A stretch of DNA of 32,000 nucleotides from Alkanindiges illinoisensis DSM 15370 (GTDB lineage Bacteria; Pseudomonadota; Gammaproteobacteria; Pseudomonadales; Moraxellaceae): the NCBI RefSeq assembly GCF_000619845.1, contig NZ_KK211037.1, forward strand, positions 322,979 to 354,978. Reading direction: 5' to 3'. This document shows, in pieces, positions 1 through 8,702 of this stretch (the first letter of the stretch is position 1; every line of letters starts with the position of its first letter). Position numbers and translations under genes: made by a program. The notes beneath the pieces were generated by a model that was not told where the DNA came from, did no database searches, and saw nothing but the letters and a program-made list of their open reading frames with translations.

Positions 1-1
1 T

Positions 2-1708
2 GTTGCTGGTGCTGGTGTTAATACCAATGCTGGTAGCGGCTTTGGCTGCATCACCAGTACCAGTACCTACGCGAACAGTAGTGCTGCTGGTTGCACCCAG
101 AGCTACCTTGATGCTGACATTATTACCCGCTTTTGGACGGTAGCTTTCAACCTGACTGGTTGGAATGCCACTTGTACCTGCCAGTTTATTCAAGAAGGTA
201 TCAATTGGTAGAGTAACTGCACCATTGGTTACAGTCAGGTTATCGGCCTGCAGATTATTTTTAGAATTACCGACCAGCGCTGGCGAACCAGTACCACGGA
301 ACGCATAAGTGGCACCTACAGGAACAGACGCAGCAGTCAGCGTACCATTACTGTCAAAGCTCATGTTTACGCGATCAATGATCAGGTCAAGTGTATTGCC
401 ACCGCTAATCGCATAGCTTAAGCCAACGCGAGCTTCTGAGAAGTTACCTTCAAATGGTGAGCCTACTTTGTTGAGTTTAACCTGTACGCTGTCCAATGGA
501 CCAGTAGTACTAAGTTCATTTCCTGATACTACAGAACCTTCAATGGCAGCAATATTGTACGGTGTACCACCATTTAGGCCCAGACTAACTAGTTGCAGAT
601 AGTTCTTGTACAGGTCAACCTGCTGTAGGTCATCAGCAATACTGTCAGGAATTTTGCTACCTGCTGGCAGTGATTCATTAACATCAGCTAAAGCATCTTT
701 AATCTGGTTCAGATTACCAGCCGCAACAGCTGCGCCCAAAGCCTGCAGGTCAGCAGCACTTACAGTAGTGGACATAAGTGCAGCAGATAAAGCATTAATC
801 AGATTGGCAGTAGCAGGAGATGTAGCGGTGGCTTTTACAGTTTCCAGCTTTTCACCCAGCGCATTTAAGGTCGCTTGAGGATTTGCACCAATCGTAATGT
901 TGCTTAATGCAGTATTAACAGCAGCTACTTTTTCCTGAATTACGGCAGCGGTAAGCGCGGCGGTATTGGCAGCAATTTTCTCAATATTTGCCTGCATGCT
1001 TGCTGGTAAATCATTTTTAGCTTCTAGTACAGCACCTTGAACTGCAGCCTGAATGAAATCAATATTGGTCAGGTCCACTGTACCAGTTTGTGCTTCAAGA
1101 CGGGCAGCCAGCGCAGCAGAAGCTGCACGTGCTGCTTGCTCTGGGGTTAGGCTACCACCACCGCTAGTACTGAGCTGGATTAGGGCTTTTTGAATCTGAT
1201 CAACAAACTGTTGTACCACAACTGTTTGTTTTAATGCAGCAGCATCAGTCATTGGATCAAGTGTTAACAGGTTTTTCCCACTTAGGCCTAGTTTGGCTGC
1301 AACCGCTGCACTATCACCTGCACCACCAGCATAGGTGATTAAAGTTGTGAGAGGAGAAGCAATATTCAAATTGCCTGCGGTTGTTTTTGGCGCTTTTAGC
1401 GTACCGGAAAATGGCAAATCAGTACCAATATCTATACCACCAGTAACCGTCAGGGCTGTATCGCGGCAGTCATTTGGATAGTTAAAGCCACCGGTAGCAT
1501 CAGTAGTAGTGGTTTGATCATTACAATCTTCAAAAGTAACTGTAGCGCCAGCCAGATAAAAGTCAATGGCTTTACCTTTGGCTTGAGCTGCGGGAGGATT
1601 AGGATTTGATGGCGGTAAATCATCATGGTCACTACCACAGCCAGCAACGAGTGAAGCGGCAATTGCGATAGTTAATGAGGTAAAGGTAGTCTTGAGCTTC
1701 ATATTCAT
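2..1708 (-). CDS. Large Ala/Thr/Gly-rich lipoprotein of unknown function; N-terminus is in the window and the gene runs off the left edge (partial, at least 569 codons)
   Basis: It is absent from the ORF track because it has no in-window stop. My minus-strand translation from the ATG at 1708 reads MNMKLKTTFTSLTIAIAASLVAGCGSDHDDLPPSNPNPP... and stays open to position 2. It has a signal peptide plus a lipobox (VAG|C, Cys24). A GGGAAG Shine-Dalgarno-like motif lies about 5-6 nt upstream. The segment ATVTFEDC..TTTDATGGF resembles a carboxypeptidase-regulatory-like beta-sandwich motif. Confidence 0.75.
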   Translation of the reverse strand, partial: MNMKLKTTFTSLTIAIAASLVAGCGSDHDDLPPSNPNPPAAQAKGKAIDFYLAGATVTFEDCNDQTTTTDATGGFNYPNDCRDTALTVTGGIDIGTDLPFSGTLKAPKTTAGNLNIASPLTTLITYAGGAGDSAAVAAKLGLSGKNLLTLDPMTDAAALKQTVVVQQFVDQIQKALIQLSTSGGGSLTPEQAARAASAALAARLEAQTGTVDLTNIDFIQAAVQGAVLEAKNDLPASMQANIEKIAANTAALTAAVIQEKVAAVNTALSNITIGANPQATLNALGEKLETVKATATSPATANLINALSAALMSTTVSAADLQALGAAVAAGNLNQIKDALADVNESLPAGSKIPDSIADDLQQVDLYKNYLQLVSLGLNGGTPYNIAAIEGSVVSGNELSTTGPLDSVQVKLNKVGSPFEGNFSEARVGLSYAISGGNTLDLIIDRVNMSFDSNGTLTAASVPVGATYAFRGTGSPALVGNSKNNLQADNLTVTNGAVTLPIDTFLNKLAGTSGIPTSQVESYRPKAGNNVSIKVALGATSSTTVRVGTGTGDAAKAATSIGINTSTSN

Positions 1709-1928
1709 TGGTACTTCTTCCCTTGGCTGGATAAATGTCTGGTCAATAGTAGTGCTTAATATGTTATTGAAACCTAAATGGTAAGCACCTGTTCTTGTCA
1801 GAATAAATGTTTTTCTTATATCAAAAAACAGCTACACGGGCAATGAAAAAAGGATAGACCTCCTTTATTGGTTCAATATTTCTTGTAAATATTATTAAAT
1901 AAACTTAAAACTGCTTCACATTAGTTGA

Positions 1929-3074
1929 TCAAAATACAACCATTTTCTCGCTAATGTTGCCTTTTTGAATTAATTCCAGAAATTCATCTCCCAAGCGTTG
2001 GCTTTCTGCTACAGCCTGCTGCCAGTATTTCTTACGTTCGCTATCGTTACTGGCAAAACGGGCAAAATCACTACGGTCCGGTAGCCGGCCCAGCGGCAAG
2101 GAAGCAAGATATTCAGGAGATGGAGAAATCAGCACAGTACGCTGATGATTCTGGGCGTTGGCTTTACGCCAGCTTAAACTTTTATCAAACCAGCCGGGAA
2201 TAATCCGGTCAGTGAAGTGGGGATATAACACCAGGCCTTTGGGTTTATAAGGTAAATCCAGATGATAGTCCAGCAAGCCGCCATCTCGGTAACTGCCTTT
2301 GGGCGCCAGCGGTATATCTCTTACAGCGCTCATCACGGCAGGAATGGCTGCAGAAGCCATCAGCAAATGCATGGCATTATCTGCATTAAGGGGCAGGTGA
2401 TGGGTAAAAAATTCCTGATTGTCATTGATCGGCAGCGGATTATGCTGTGGATGGGCATACGCAAAGCCGCGCTGCATGAACAAACGGTTAGCACGTCTGG
2501 ACAGCATGTTGCCGCCAAACACTCCAGCTAATGCAAGTCCAAGTGGAATAACATGGTCACTGGCAAAAATATGCCGGCTTTTAACCACCACAATGACCAG
2601 TTGCATCCACGGATGATTGATCAGGCTTTCCATGTTGCCATCAATCAGTTGTTGCAACATCTCGTGGCAGCGCTGAGTTACCTCTGGGACTTTATCTTTC
2701 TTGGAAAACTGCATGTTGGTGTACAGCTCGGCCAACCGTTTTGGCCCTTCCTGGCCACCGTGTGCAGCAATGGCAGCAAAGCGCCAACTGCCAATCGACG
2801 CGCCAAAGCAAGTGCGCTTGCTATTCCCATGAACTGGTGCACGCAGCAGGAAATCTCCAAAAATGGCTTGATCCAGTCCACATAGCCCAATACCTTTAGG
2901 GCCACCTGCAGCACCTGGAATAATGTCAATATCCTGGGGCTGTATGCCATTCTGGCGAATATGCGTTAGGGCTTCCTGCCCGGCACGGATGGTGAGTGCA
3001 GACATTTTATGATGGATATACGCCAAAACAGCCTCGGCTAGCAGATGAGCGAGCGGATATTGTGCAAAAAGCAT
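1929..3074 (-). CDS. Patatin-like phospholipase family protein
   Basis: 381-aa ORF. It has an oxyanion-type glycine-rich loop (PGAAGGPKG), a GxSxG nucleophile elbow (GASIGS) and a downstream catalytic Asp motif (YRDGGLLDY). An alternative start at the internal ATG at 3005 (MSALTIRAGQEA...) is plausible. Confidence 0.8.
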   Translation of the reverse strand: MLFAQYPLAHLLAEAVLAYIHHKMSALTIRAGQEALTHIRQNGIQPQDIDIIPGAAGGPKGIGLCGLDQAIFGDFLLRAPVHGNSKRTCFGASIGSWRFAAIAAHGGQEGPKRLAELYTNMQFSKKDKVPEVTQRCHEMLQQLIDGNMESLINHPWMQLVIVVVKSRHIFASDHVIPLGLALAGVFGGNMLSRRANRLFMQRGFAYAHPQHNPLPINDNQEFFTHHLPLNADNAMHLLMASAAIPAVMSAVRDIPLAPKGSYRDGGLLDYHLDLPYKPKGLVLYPHFTDRIIPGWFDKSLSWRKANAQNHQRTVLISPSPEYLASLPLGRLPDRSDFARFASNDSERKKYWQQAVAESQRLGDEFLELIQKGNISEKMVVF

Positions 3075-3163
3075 TGATTAGGCACAACCCTAATATAAGA
3101 ATGGTCAGTTTATAAAATCTTGAGCCGGCTATATTGGGTTAACTGGTCAGGCATCAAATTTAA

Positions 3164-4003
3164 TTAGCTGATAAATAATAGCTTTATGAGATAAATAATT
3201 AGCAGATGTACTGGATAAAACCAGTAGCCCCAGGCAGTTACCGGGAAAACAGAAAAACTGATTTTTTGCTGCAATACTATGATCCCAAGGAGAGGCGCTA
3301 ACGCTGCACTCATAAGGAGCAGGCCATCCTGCGGATTAAAATGCGAGGCCGATAACCTAAGCAGCATATTCAGTGTGGGCAGGGACATATTGCATAGCGC
3401 ACTAAGCAGCATGGCCAATAGCACAAAACTCCGACCATATATCAAACCTGCCAAACATACAGCAGGCAACAAGGCCCCCAAGGCGCCATACATGAGCCAC
3501 GGGTTAAGCAGGATTGCTATACAGGAGAAGCTGATTGCTGATAACAGGCCAGCCCTAGACGGATACTGTAGGCTTAAGCAAATCAGTAAGCCCAGTAGCA
3601 GGGTGGGCAATATATTGAGTGTGTCCGCCTCAGGCCGCAGCAACCGATAGGGCAGTTCCGAGATAACCGCAAAAACGCTGAGACGTACCAGATAGGGAAA
3701 ATGGTAGATGACAGGTGTGCTGACAGGCAGACGCTGTACATTGGCAGCCATTGCCAGACAAAATAATGGAAAAGCAAACCGGCCAATAATGATCAAGGCG
3801 TCCATGCTGGGAAAAATAAAGCGCAAATGATCAATCACCATGCTGAGCATGGCAATCCATTTCAACAAATCCTGAGCTTTAGCGCGTTGTTGCATGGAAT
3901 TCAATAAAAGGCCTATTGGAAATTTTAAGGCTTTCATACCAAAAAGCATGACCATTAAAATACTAACCGTAATCCCGTTTATCAAAACTGATTGGCAACT
4001 CAT
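3164..4003 (-). CDS. TraX-family polytopic membrane protein
   Basis: Highly hydrophobic multi-TM ORF. The motif DLLKWIAMLSMVIDHL resembles the conserved N-terminal TraX signature. The start is uncertain: TTG 4006, ATG 4003, or ATG 3895 (MQQRAKAQDLLKW...). Confidence 0.6.
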   Translation of the reverse strand: MSCQSVLINGITVSILMVMLFGMKALKFPIGLLLNSMQQRAKAQDLLKWIAMLSMVIDHLRFIFPSMDALIIIGRFAFPLFCLAMAANVQRLPVSTPVIYHFPYLVRLSVFAVISELPYRLLRPEADTLNILPTLLLGLLICLSLQYPSRAGLLSAISFSCIAILLNPWLMYGALGALLPAVCLAGLIYGRSFVLLAMLLSALCNMSLPTLNMLLRLSASHFNPQDGLLLMSAALAPLLGIIVLQQKISFSVFPVTAWGYWFYPVHLLIIYLIKLLFIS

Positions 4004-4014
4004 CAATGAGCAGC

Positions 4015-4623
4015 TTATTTTAAAATAGGATAAATGCTGGCAACCAGTAAAATCCCCATGCTGATATTAAACCATTTTAAATAGGCTGGCTGGTTCAGGA
4101 CTTGCTTTAGTAGTACCCCAAACAAAGCCCAGCAGGCAATGCAAGGCAGGTTAATGATGGCAAACACAATGGAAATCCACCACATGCTGGCAACTGGATG
4201 CAGTGTACTGCTATAGATAATCATGGCTGATAGCGCCATCATCCAGGCTTTGGGGTTAACCCACTGAAACAGGGCAGCTTGCAAAAATGTCAGGGGATGG
4301 CTGGTTGCCACTTCGTGACTATTTATAGGACGGCTACGGGCAATTTGAATGGCTAGATACACCAGATACAGTGCAGAAATGATTTTAAGCACAATATGCA
4401 ATGTTGGGTACTGTTGTAAAACGGCAGCAATGCCAAGTCCAGTGGCCAGGCACAGGACAAAAAAACCGGCACAAATGCCCAGCATATGGGGAATCGTTCG
4501 CTTAAAACCAAAATTAACGCCGGAACTTAGCAGCATAATATTATTCGGGCCGGGAGTAATAGAACTAACCAATGCAAATAAGACTAGGCCAGTTAAGGTT
4601 TCAAGCGTAAATAGGCTCAACAT
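4015..4623 (-). CDS. LysE/RhtB-family amino-acid exporter
   Basis: About 200 aa with six predicted TM segments. It carries the N-terminal motif SSITPGPNNIMLLSSG typical of LysE/RhtB translocators. The ATG at 4623 is preceded by GAGGA; the track start at 4632 is a TTG. Confidence 0.8.
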   Translation of the reverse strand: MLSLFTLETLTGLVLFALVSSITPGPNNIMLLSSGVNFGFKRTIPHMLGICAGFFVLCLATGLGIAAVLQQYPTLHIVLKIISALYLVYLAIQIARSRPINSHEVATSHPLTFLQAALFQWVNPKAWMMALSAMIIYSSTLHPVASMWWISIVFAIINLPCIACWALFGVLLKQVLNQPAYLKWFNISMGILLVASIYPILK

Positions 4624-4689
4624 GATCCTCAATCAATAGTGGTAAAAATGAGCCTGTTGAGATTCAGCGAAAAATAGAAATGCTATCAA

Positions 4690-6309
4690 TCAGGCAATTA
4701 AACGCCATAGCACCACAATGCCTGCCAGAATCAGGAATATCACGGCCACTGGCCAGGGTAATTGGGTAGCCGTTATCAGCAGGGTTAAAAAGCCACTGGC
4801 GGCAATCCAGTCACGGCGGCGGGTTTGCTGGATGTCCAGACGCATTTGCTGTAACTCACGCCATTGGCGATCCTGCCATGCCCCTTGCTGGCGCAGGTTA
4901 TGCAGACTATCAATCAGCAAGGCGGGCAAATCGGTTGCGCCCATCAGCATGTCAGGAATTTGCTGGCCCAGTTCCTTAAGGCTGTTCATGGGGTTAACAT
5001 TTTGCTTGACCCACTCGGTTAAAATCGGTTTGGCCAGTTTCCAGATATCCAGTTGTGGATACAGGTCGCGTCCCAGCCCTTCCACATGCACCAACGTCTT
5101 GAGCAGTAACATGAGCTGGGGCGGAATTTCCAGATGATGGCGACGGGCAATATCCATCACCTGCACCAGAATACCAGCAAAATCCAGTTGATCCATGGGC
5201 TTGGAGATCATGGGACCGACAGTGCGGCGCATTTCACGTGCCAGGGTATTTTGATCCGTACCTGCCGGAATCCAGCCTGCCTGATGCACAATTTGAATAA
5301 GTTGCTCAAAGTTATTATTCATTACTGCTAGTAGCAGGCGAGCCACCGTCATCTGGTCACTTTTGGATAACTCGCCCACAATGGCGCAGTCGAGGGCAAT
5401 AAAGCGTGGATTTTGCGGGTTGAGGGTTTCAACAAACACATTGCCCGGATGCATGTCGGCATGGAAAAAATTGTCGCGAAACACCTGGGTAAAAAAGATG
5501 GTCAAGCCCTTTTCGCCCAGCATGGCACGATCCATGCCCAACCGCTCAAAGGTTTCAATATCGGATACCGGCACACCACTAATGCGCTCAGCCACCATCA
5601 CATCCTTGGTGGCCGTATAGACTTCCGGTACATACATCATGCTGGACCCCATAAAATTATGGCGCATCTGCATGGTGTTGGCTGCTTCCAGACTTAAATC
5701 CAGCTCGTTTAAAATCACCTGTCGATAGTCACTAATGACTTGAACCAGATGCAGGGCACGTGCAGCTTCAAGGCGTGCTTCCAGCCAGTGACCCAGCCAA
5801 TTGAGGATTTCAAAATCCTTGATGATTTGCGGACGAATTGCCGGGCGGACAATTTTAACAATCACTTCACGGCCATCATGCAAGGCTGCTGTATGCACTT
5901 GTGCAATTGAGGCAGCAGCCAGCGGCGCATCATCAAAGCGGGCAAACAGGGTTTCAATCTTAGCATTGAGCGATGTTTCGACCTGTTGCCGGGCAATATC
6001 GGTGGCAAATGGTGTAACCCGATCCTGAAGCTGTACCAGTTGCACCAACAGCTCAGGTGGAATTAAGTCGCGGCGGGTAGACAACAGTTGCCCAAGCTTA
6101 ACAAACAACGGCCCCATTTCTTCCAGTGCATGCTTGAGACGCAACGGGTCCTTGCTGGCCCGGCTGGTCCATGCCGCTGGATGCAACTTGATGAGCTGAA
6201 CAAGCGGACGTGCCTTGGCCGGAAGTTCTTCCTCCGGGATCAGGGTATCCAGCCGATGATGTGCGGCCAGTTGCCAGAGTTCAAGCAAGCGGGAAAAATG
6301 CGGAATCAT
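4690..6309 (-). CDS. ubiB: Ubiquinone biosynthesis regulatory protein kinase UbiB (ABC1/ADCK family)
   Basis: 539 aa. It has the ABC1 kinase-like core (LGPLFVKLGQLLSTRRDLIPPE, AAASIAQVH, HADMHPGNVFV) and two C-terminal TM helices. It is the last gene of the ubiE-ubiJ-ubiB arrangement known from E. coli. Confidence 0.93.
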   Translation of the reverse strand: MIPHFSRLLELWQLAAHHRLDTLIPEEELPAKARPLVQLIKLHPAAWTSRASKDPLRLKHALEEMGPLFVKLGQLLSTRRDLIPPELLVQLVQLQDRVTPFATDIARQQVETSLNAKIETLFARFDDAPLAAASIAQVHTAALHDGREVIVKIVRPAIRPQIIKDFEILNWLGHWLEARLEAARALHLVQVISDYRQVILNELDLSLEAANTMQMRHNFMGSSMMYVPEVYTATKDVMVAERISGVPVSDIETFERLGMDRAMLGEKGLTIFFTQVFRDNFFHADMHPGNVFVETLNPQNPRFIALDCAIVGELSKSDQMTVARLLLAVMNNNFEQLIQIVHQAGWIPAGTDQNTLAREMRRTVGPMISKPMDQLDFAGILVQVMDIARRHHLEIPPQLMLLLKTLVHVEGLGRDLYPQLDIWKLAKPILTEWVKQNVNPMNSLKELGQQIPDMLMGATDLPALLIDSLHNLRQQGAWQDRQWRELQQMRLDIQQTRRRDWIAASGFLTLLITATQLPWPVAVIFLILAGIVVLWRLIA

Positions 6310-6329
6310 TGGCTGTCGTCCTAAAGTTT

Positions 6330-7121
6330 TTACTGTTGCTGCTGTTCTTGCTGTTGCCGGGTTTGCTGCGCTAAGGATAGCGATGCGGTAGATGGTGTAG
6401 TGGCCTGTTCAGGCTTTGCTGGCATATCCAGCTTAGGTTGAGTGTGTTGCTCAACTTTTCGTTGCAGTTGCTGAAGTTTGGCCTGGGCACGTTCAATATC
6501 CTGACGCAGGTTACGGACATTGTTTTTAAACTGGTCCATTTGCCAGCGGGCTACAAATAGCTGGCTATCCTCACTAATCGCTTCGCTGCCATGGCTGGCC
6601 ACACTGGAGGCCATGCGGCTAAACACCTGCCGGGTCTGGCTAATGGCATTGCCCAGCTGTCCGGCGGGAATCGCACCAATCCATGGACTTAAGCGGCTGG
6701 CTAGATCAGGCTGCGCCTGCGCCAGAATGCGTTGCAACTGCTGGAGCAGGCTCATGTCGCCCTGCAATGGAATATTACCGGTTGCACCTGCTTGAGCAGT
6801 CATTAATTTGCCCAGTTCAACCAGATTGGCCACGTGCAAGGTGGTGGTGGCCTGTTCTGGTGCCTGTAATGGATCATGCACCGGATCATAGGGCCGCTGT
6901 TCAAAAATACTGGTTTTACGCTCGGGCATGCCCAGTGCTGTAGGGTTTAAGCGTACTTTGTCCTGGTCAAACCAGACATCCACCGACAGTTGCGGCGAAT
7001 CAATCACCACGCGCAGCAGTTTACCGGCCAGTCCGTTAAGTTGCTGGCGGGTGGCAGCATCAAGGTCAATCCACTGGTTAAACAGGGTTTCTACGGTACC
7101 AAGCGCAAGTACAGCAAGCAT
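6330..7121 (-). CDS. ubiJ: Ubiquinone biosynthesis accessory factor UbiJ (SCP2-like domain) with a Gln-rich C-terminal extension
   Basis: 263 aa. The N-terminal SCP2-like region (LFNQWIDLDAATRQQLNGLAGKLLRVVI) and the position between ubiE and ubiB match E. coli yigP/ubiJ. AAGGAAA Shine-Dalgarno 5 nt before the ATG at 7121. The C-terminus ends ...QQTRQQQEQQQQ. Confidence 0.8.
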   Translation of the reverse strand: MLAVLALGTVETLFNQWIDLDAATRQQLNGLAGKLLRVVIDSPQLSVDVWFDQDKVRLNPTALGMPERKTSIFEQRPYDPVHDPLQAPEQATTTLHVANLVELGKLMTAQAGATGNIPLQGDMSLLQQLQRILAQAQPDLASRLSPWIGAIPAGQLGNAISQTRQVFSRMASSVASHGSEAISEDSQLFVARWQMDQFKNNVRNLRQDIERAQAKLQQLQRKVEQHTQPKLDMPAKPEQATTPSTASLSLAQQTRQQQEQQQQ

Positions 7122-7374
7122 GATGATTTCCTTAAAACAAGGTCAGCCTGGTATGCATCGAGGGCATGTTAAGGCTTTAAAGAAATAATTAAGGTTTGTC
7201 GTTTAAATGGGACAAATGGCGCTGCCATGCAAGAAAAACCATCTTGCAAAGCTGGGCTTCTCATCGCAAAACTCGATTTATAACAGCTATAAGTTAATAG
7301 GGGAATCATGAGCAGTTCTCTTATTAAATTATTGAAGTCCTATCCCGAAACTACAACGCTGCCTTTGGCTTGCA

Positions 7375-7509
7375 CAGCAGCGTGGCTTGCGCTCGGGTAA
7401 ATGAAGAACACTGTTCTGCAAGACGAAGTGGTTTCACTTATCCTCTTACTTCTGGCATAGCCTTCGGTGTTGCGCTCGGGTTGAGTAATACTCAACTTAT
7501 CCTCGCTCA
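7375..7509. repeat. Structured dispersed-repeat copy filling the 3' part of the ubiE-ubiJ spacer
   Basis: The module [ttgcgctcggg ... acttatcctc] occurs twice, at 7387-7445 and 7470-7504. There are palindromes AGAACAcTGTTCT (7405-7417) and GTTGAGTAaTACTCAAC (7480-7496). The 46 nt at 7386-7431 align without gaps to recB 27986-28031 at 34/46 identities (my hand count), including the shared 14-mer gcaagacgaagtgg (7418-7431 and 28018-28031). Confidence 0.7.
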
Positions 7510-8442
7510 TTACTTAAAGCCGCGATGCAGCGCCACAATACCACCAGTCATGTTGTGATAATCACAGCTCTGGAAGCCTGCATTTTCCATCATTTGCTTT
7601 AAGGTGCGCTGGTCAGGGTGCATGCGGATAGATTCGGCCAGATAGCGATAGCTTTCAGAGTCATTGGCTACCAGCTTGCCCATCACGGGCAAGGCAGTAA
7701 AGGAATACAGGTCATACAGGCGTGATAACGGCTCAAATACCGGCTTGGAAAATTCAAGCACCAGCAGGCGACCACCCGGCTTGAGCACCCGGTACATGGC
7801 ACGCAGGGCAGCGTCCTTGTCGGTGACATTGCGCAGGCCAAAACTGATGGTCACCAGATCAAAGCTTTCATCGGCAAAGGGTTCGAGGGTTTCAGCATTG
7901 GCCAGTACAAAATCCACATTGGTACAGCCTTTGTCAATCAGGCGGTCACGGCCTACATTGAGCATGGATTCATTGATATCAGACAACACCACGTGACCCT
8001 GTGGTCCTACTTCGCGGCTAAAGGCCAGCGCCAGATCGCCCGTACCACCTGCAATATCCAGCACCTGCTGGCCACGCCGTACGCCGGACAGATTAATGGC
8101 AAAGCGCTTCCACAAGCGGTGAATCCCGAATGACATCAAATCATTCATCAGGTCATATTTGGCTGCCACTGAATGAAAGACTTCTGCCACTTTTTGCTGT
8201 TTCTCTTCCACATCCACGGTCTTGTAGCCAAAATGGGTGGTTGATCCCAGATTGCGGTGGTCAGCACCCTTAGGCAGACTTTGTTGCTGGCCCTGTGGAG
8301 TGCCTTGCGGTAAGGGCTGGCTTAAAAAGGGAGAGTTGGCATTGGCGGCATTATTGCTGTCTTGCGCAGGTGTATTTTGTGGGGAAGGATTGTTATTGGG
8401 ATTATTAAGGTTATTATGGGTGCTATTGTTGCTGTCAGACAT
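7510..8442 (-). CDS. ubiE: Demethylmenaquinone / 2-methoxy-6-polyprenyl-1,4-benzoquinol methyltransferase UbiE with an Asn/Gln/Pro-rich N-terminal extension
   Basis: 310 aa. The core from THFGYKTV onward ([25 protein letters not shown] motif [11 protein letters not shown], ...IVALHRGFK) is typical UbiE/MenG. The first ~65 residues are low complexity ([27 protein letters not shown]...). Confidence 0.93.
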   Translation of the reverse strand: MSDSNNSTHNNLNNPNNNPSPQNTPAQDSNNAANANSPFLSQPLPQGTPQGQQQSLPKGADHRNLGSTTHFGYKTVDVEEKQQKVAEVFHSVAAKYDLMNDLMSFGIHRLWKRFAINLSGVRRGQQVLDIAGGTGDLALAFSREVGPQGHVVLSDINESMLNVGRDRLIDKGCTNVDFVLANAETLEPFADESFDLVTISFGLRNVTDKDAALRAMYRVLKPGGRLLVLEFSKPVFEPLSRLYDLYSFTALPVMGKLVANDSESYRYLAESIRMHPDQRTLKQMMENAGFQSCDYHNMTGGIVALHRGFK

Positions 8443-8560
8443 GGGTAAAACTCCCTAATAAGCTGGTAAATGCAGTAAAATAAACATAAACAATGCTGCC
8501 GATCATGCCAGATTTTAGATTGTGTTGCTGGCCTAAACTGCAAAAAAATACATTAATTTA

Positions 8561-8630
8561 ATGACTAAAGTGAACAGGTTTCATAACTTTAAGCAGTGCT
8601 CGACATTACACCATTGCCCACTTTAGTCAT
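8561..8630. repeat. Perfect 12-bp inverted repeat (ATGACTAAAGTG ... CACTTTAGTCAT) with a 46-nt spacer, upstream of ubiE
   Basis: Arms at 8561-8572 and 8619-8630 are exact reverse complements. The repeat lies between the stop of the upstream minus-strand gene (8703) and the ubiE start (8442). Confidence 0.6.
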
Positions 8631-8702
8631 CTGGCGTTGATCATCCAGAGCGCCTGCTGCATTGTAAAGTCCTGATGATGGCTACCAGTAATTGACATGC
8701 GA

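Noticed and set aside
606-1662. Track ORFs 606-878 (+) and 1450-1662 (-)
   Set aside because: Both lie inside the long open minus-strand lipoprotein frame (2-1708), either in another frame or on the other strand. Their translations are Cys/Arg-rich or otherwise non-protein-like, so they are shadow ORFs.
2262-6324. Numerous 60-140-aa ORFs overlapping the patatin, TraX, LysE and ubiB genes (for example 2262-2531, 2553-2885, 3279-3650, 4349-4639, 4718-5137, 5413-5697)
   Set aside because: They are antisense or out of frame relative to long ORFs with clear family signatures. They have no Shine-Dalgarno motifs and their composition is biased (Arg/Cys/His-rich), as is typical of shadow frames.
7308-7400. 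30-codon plus-strand ORF (MSSSLIKLLKSYPETTTLPLACTAAWLALG) with a GGGGA motif 4 nt upstream, in the ubiE-ubiJ spacer
   Set aside because: It is very short and runs into the repeat element. It is on the strand opposite the operon and has no supporting features beyond a Shine-Dalgarno-like string. I treat it as a chance ORF unless ribosome profiling says otherwise.
7370-7558. Track ORF 7370-7558 (+)
   Set aside because: It is a translation of the structured repeat and overlaps the ubiE 3' end in antisense. It is not coding.
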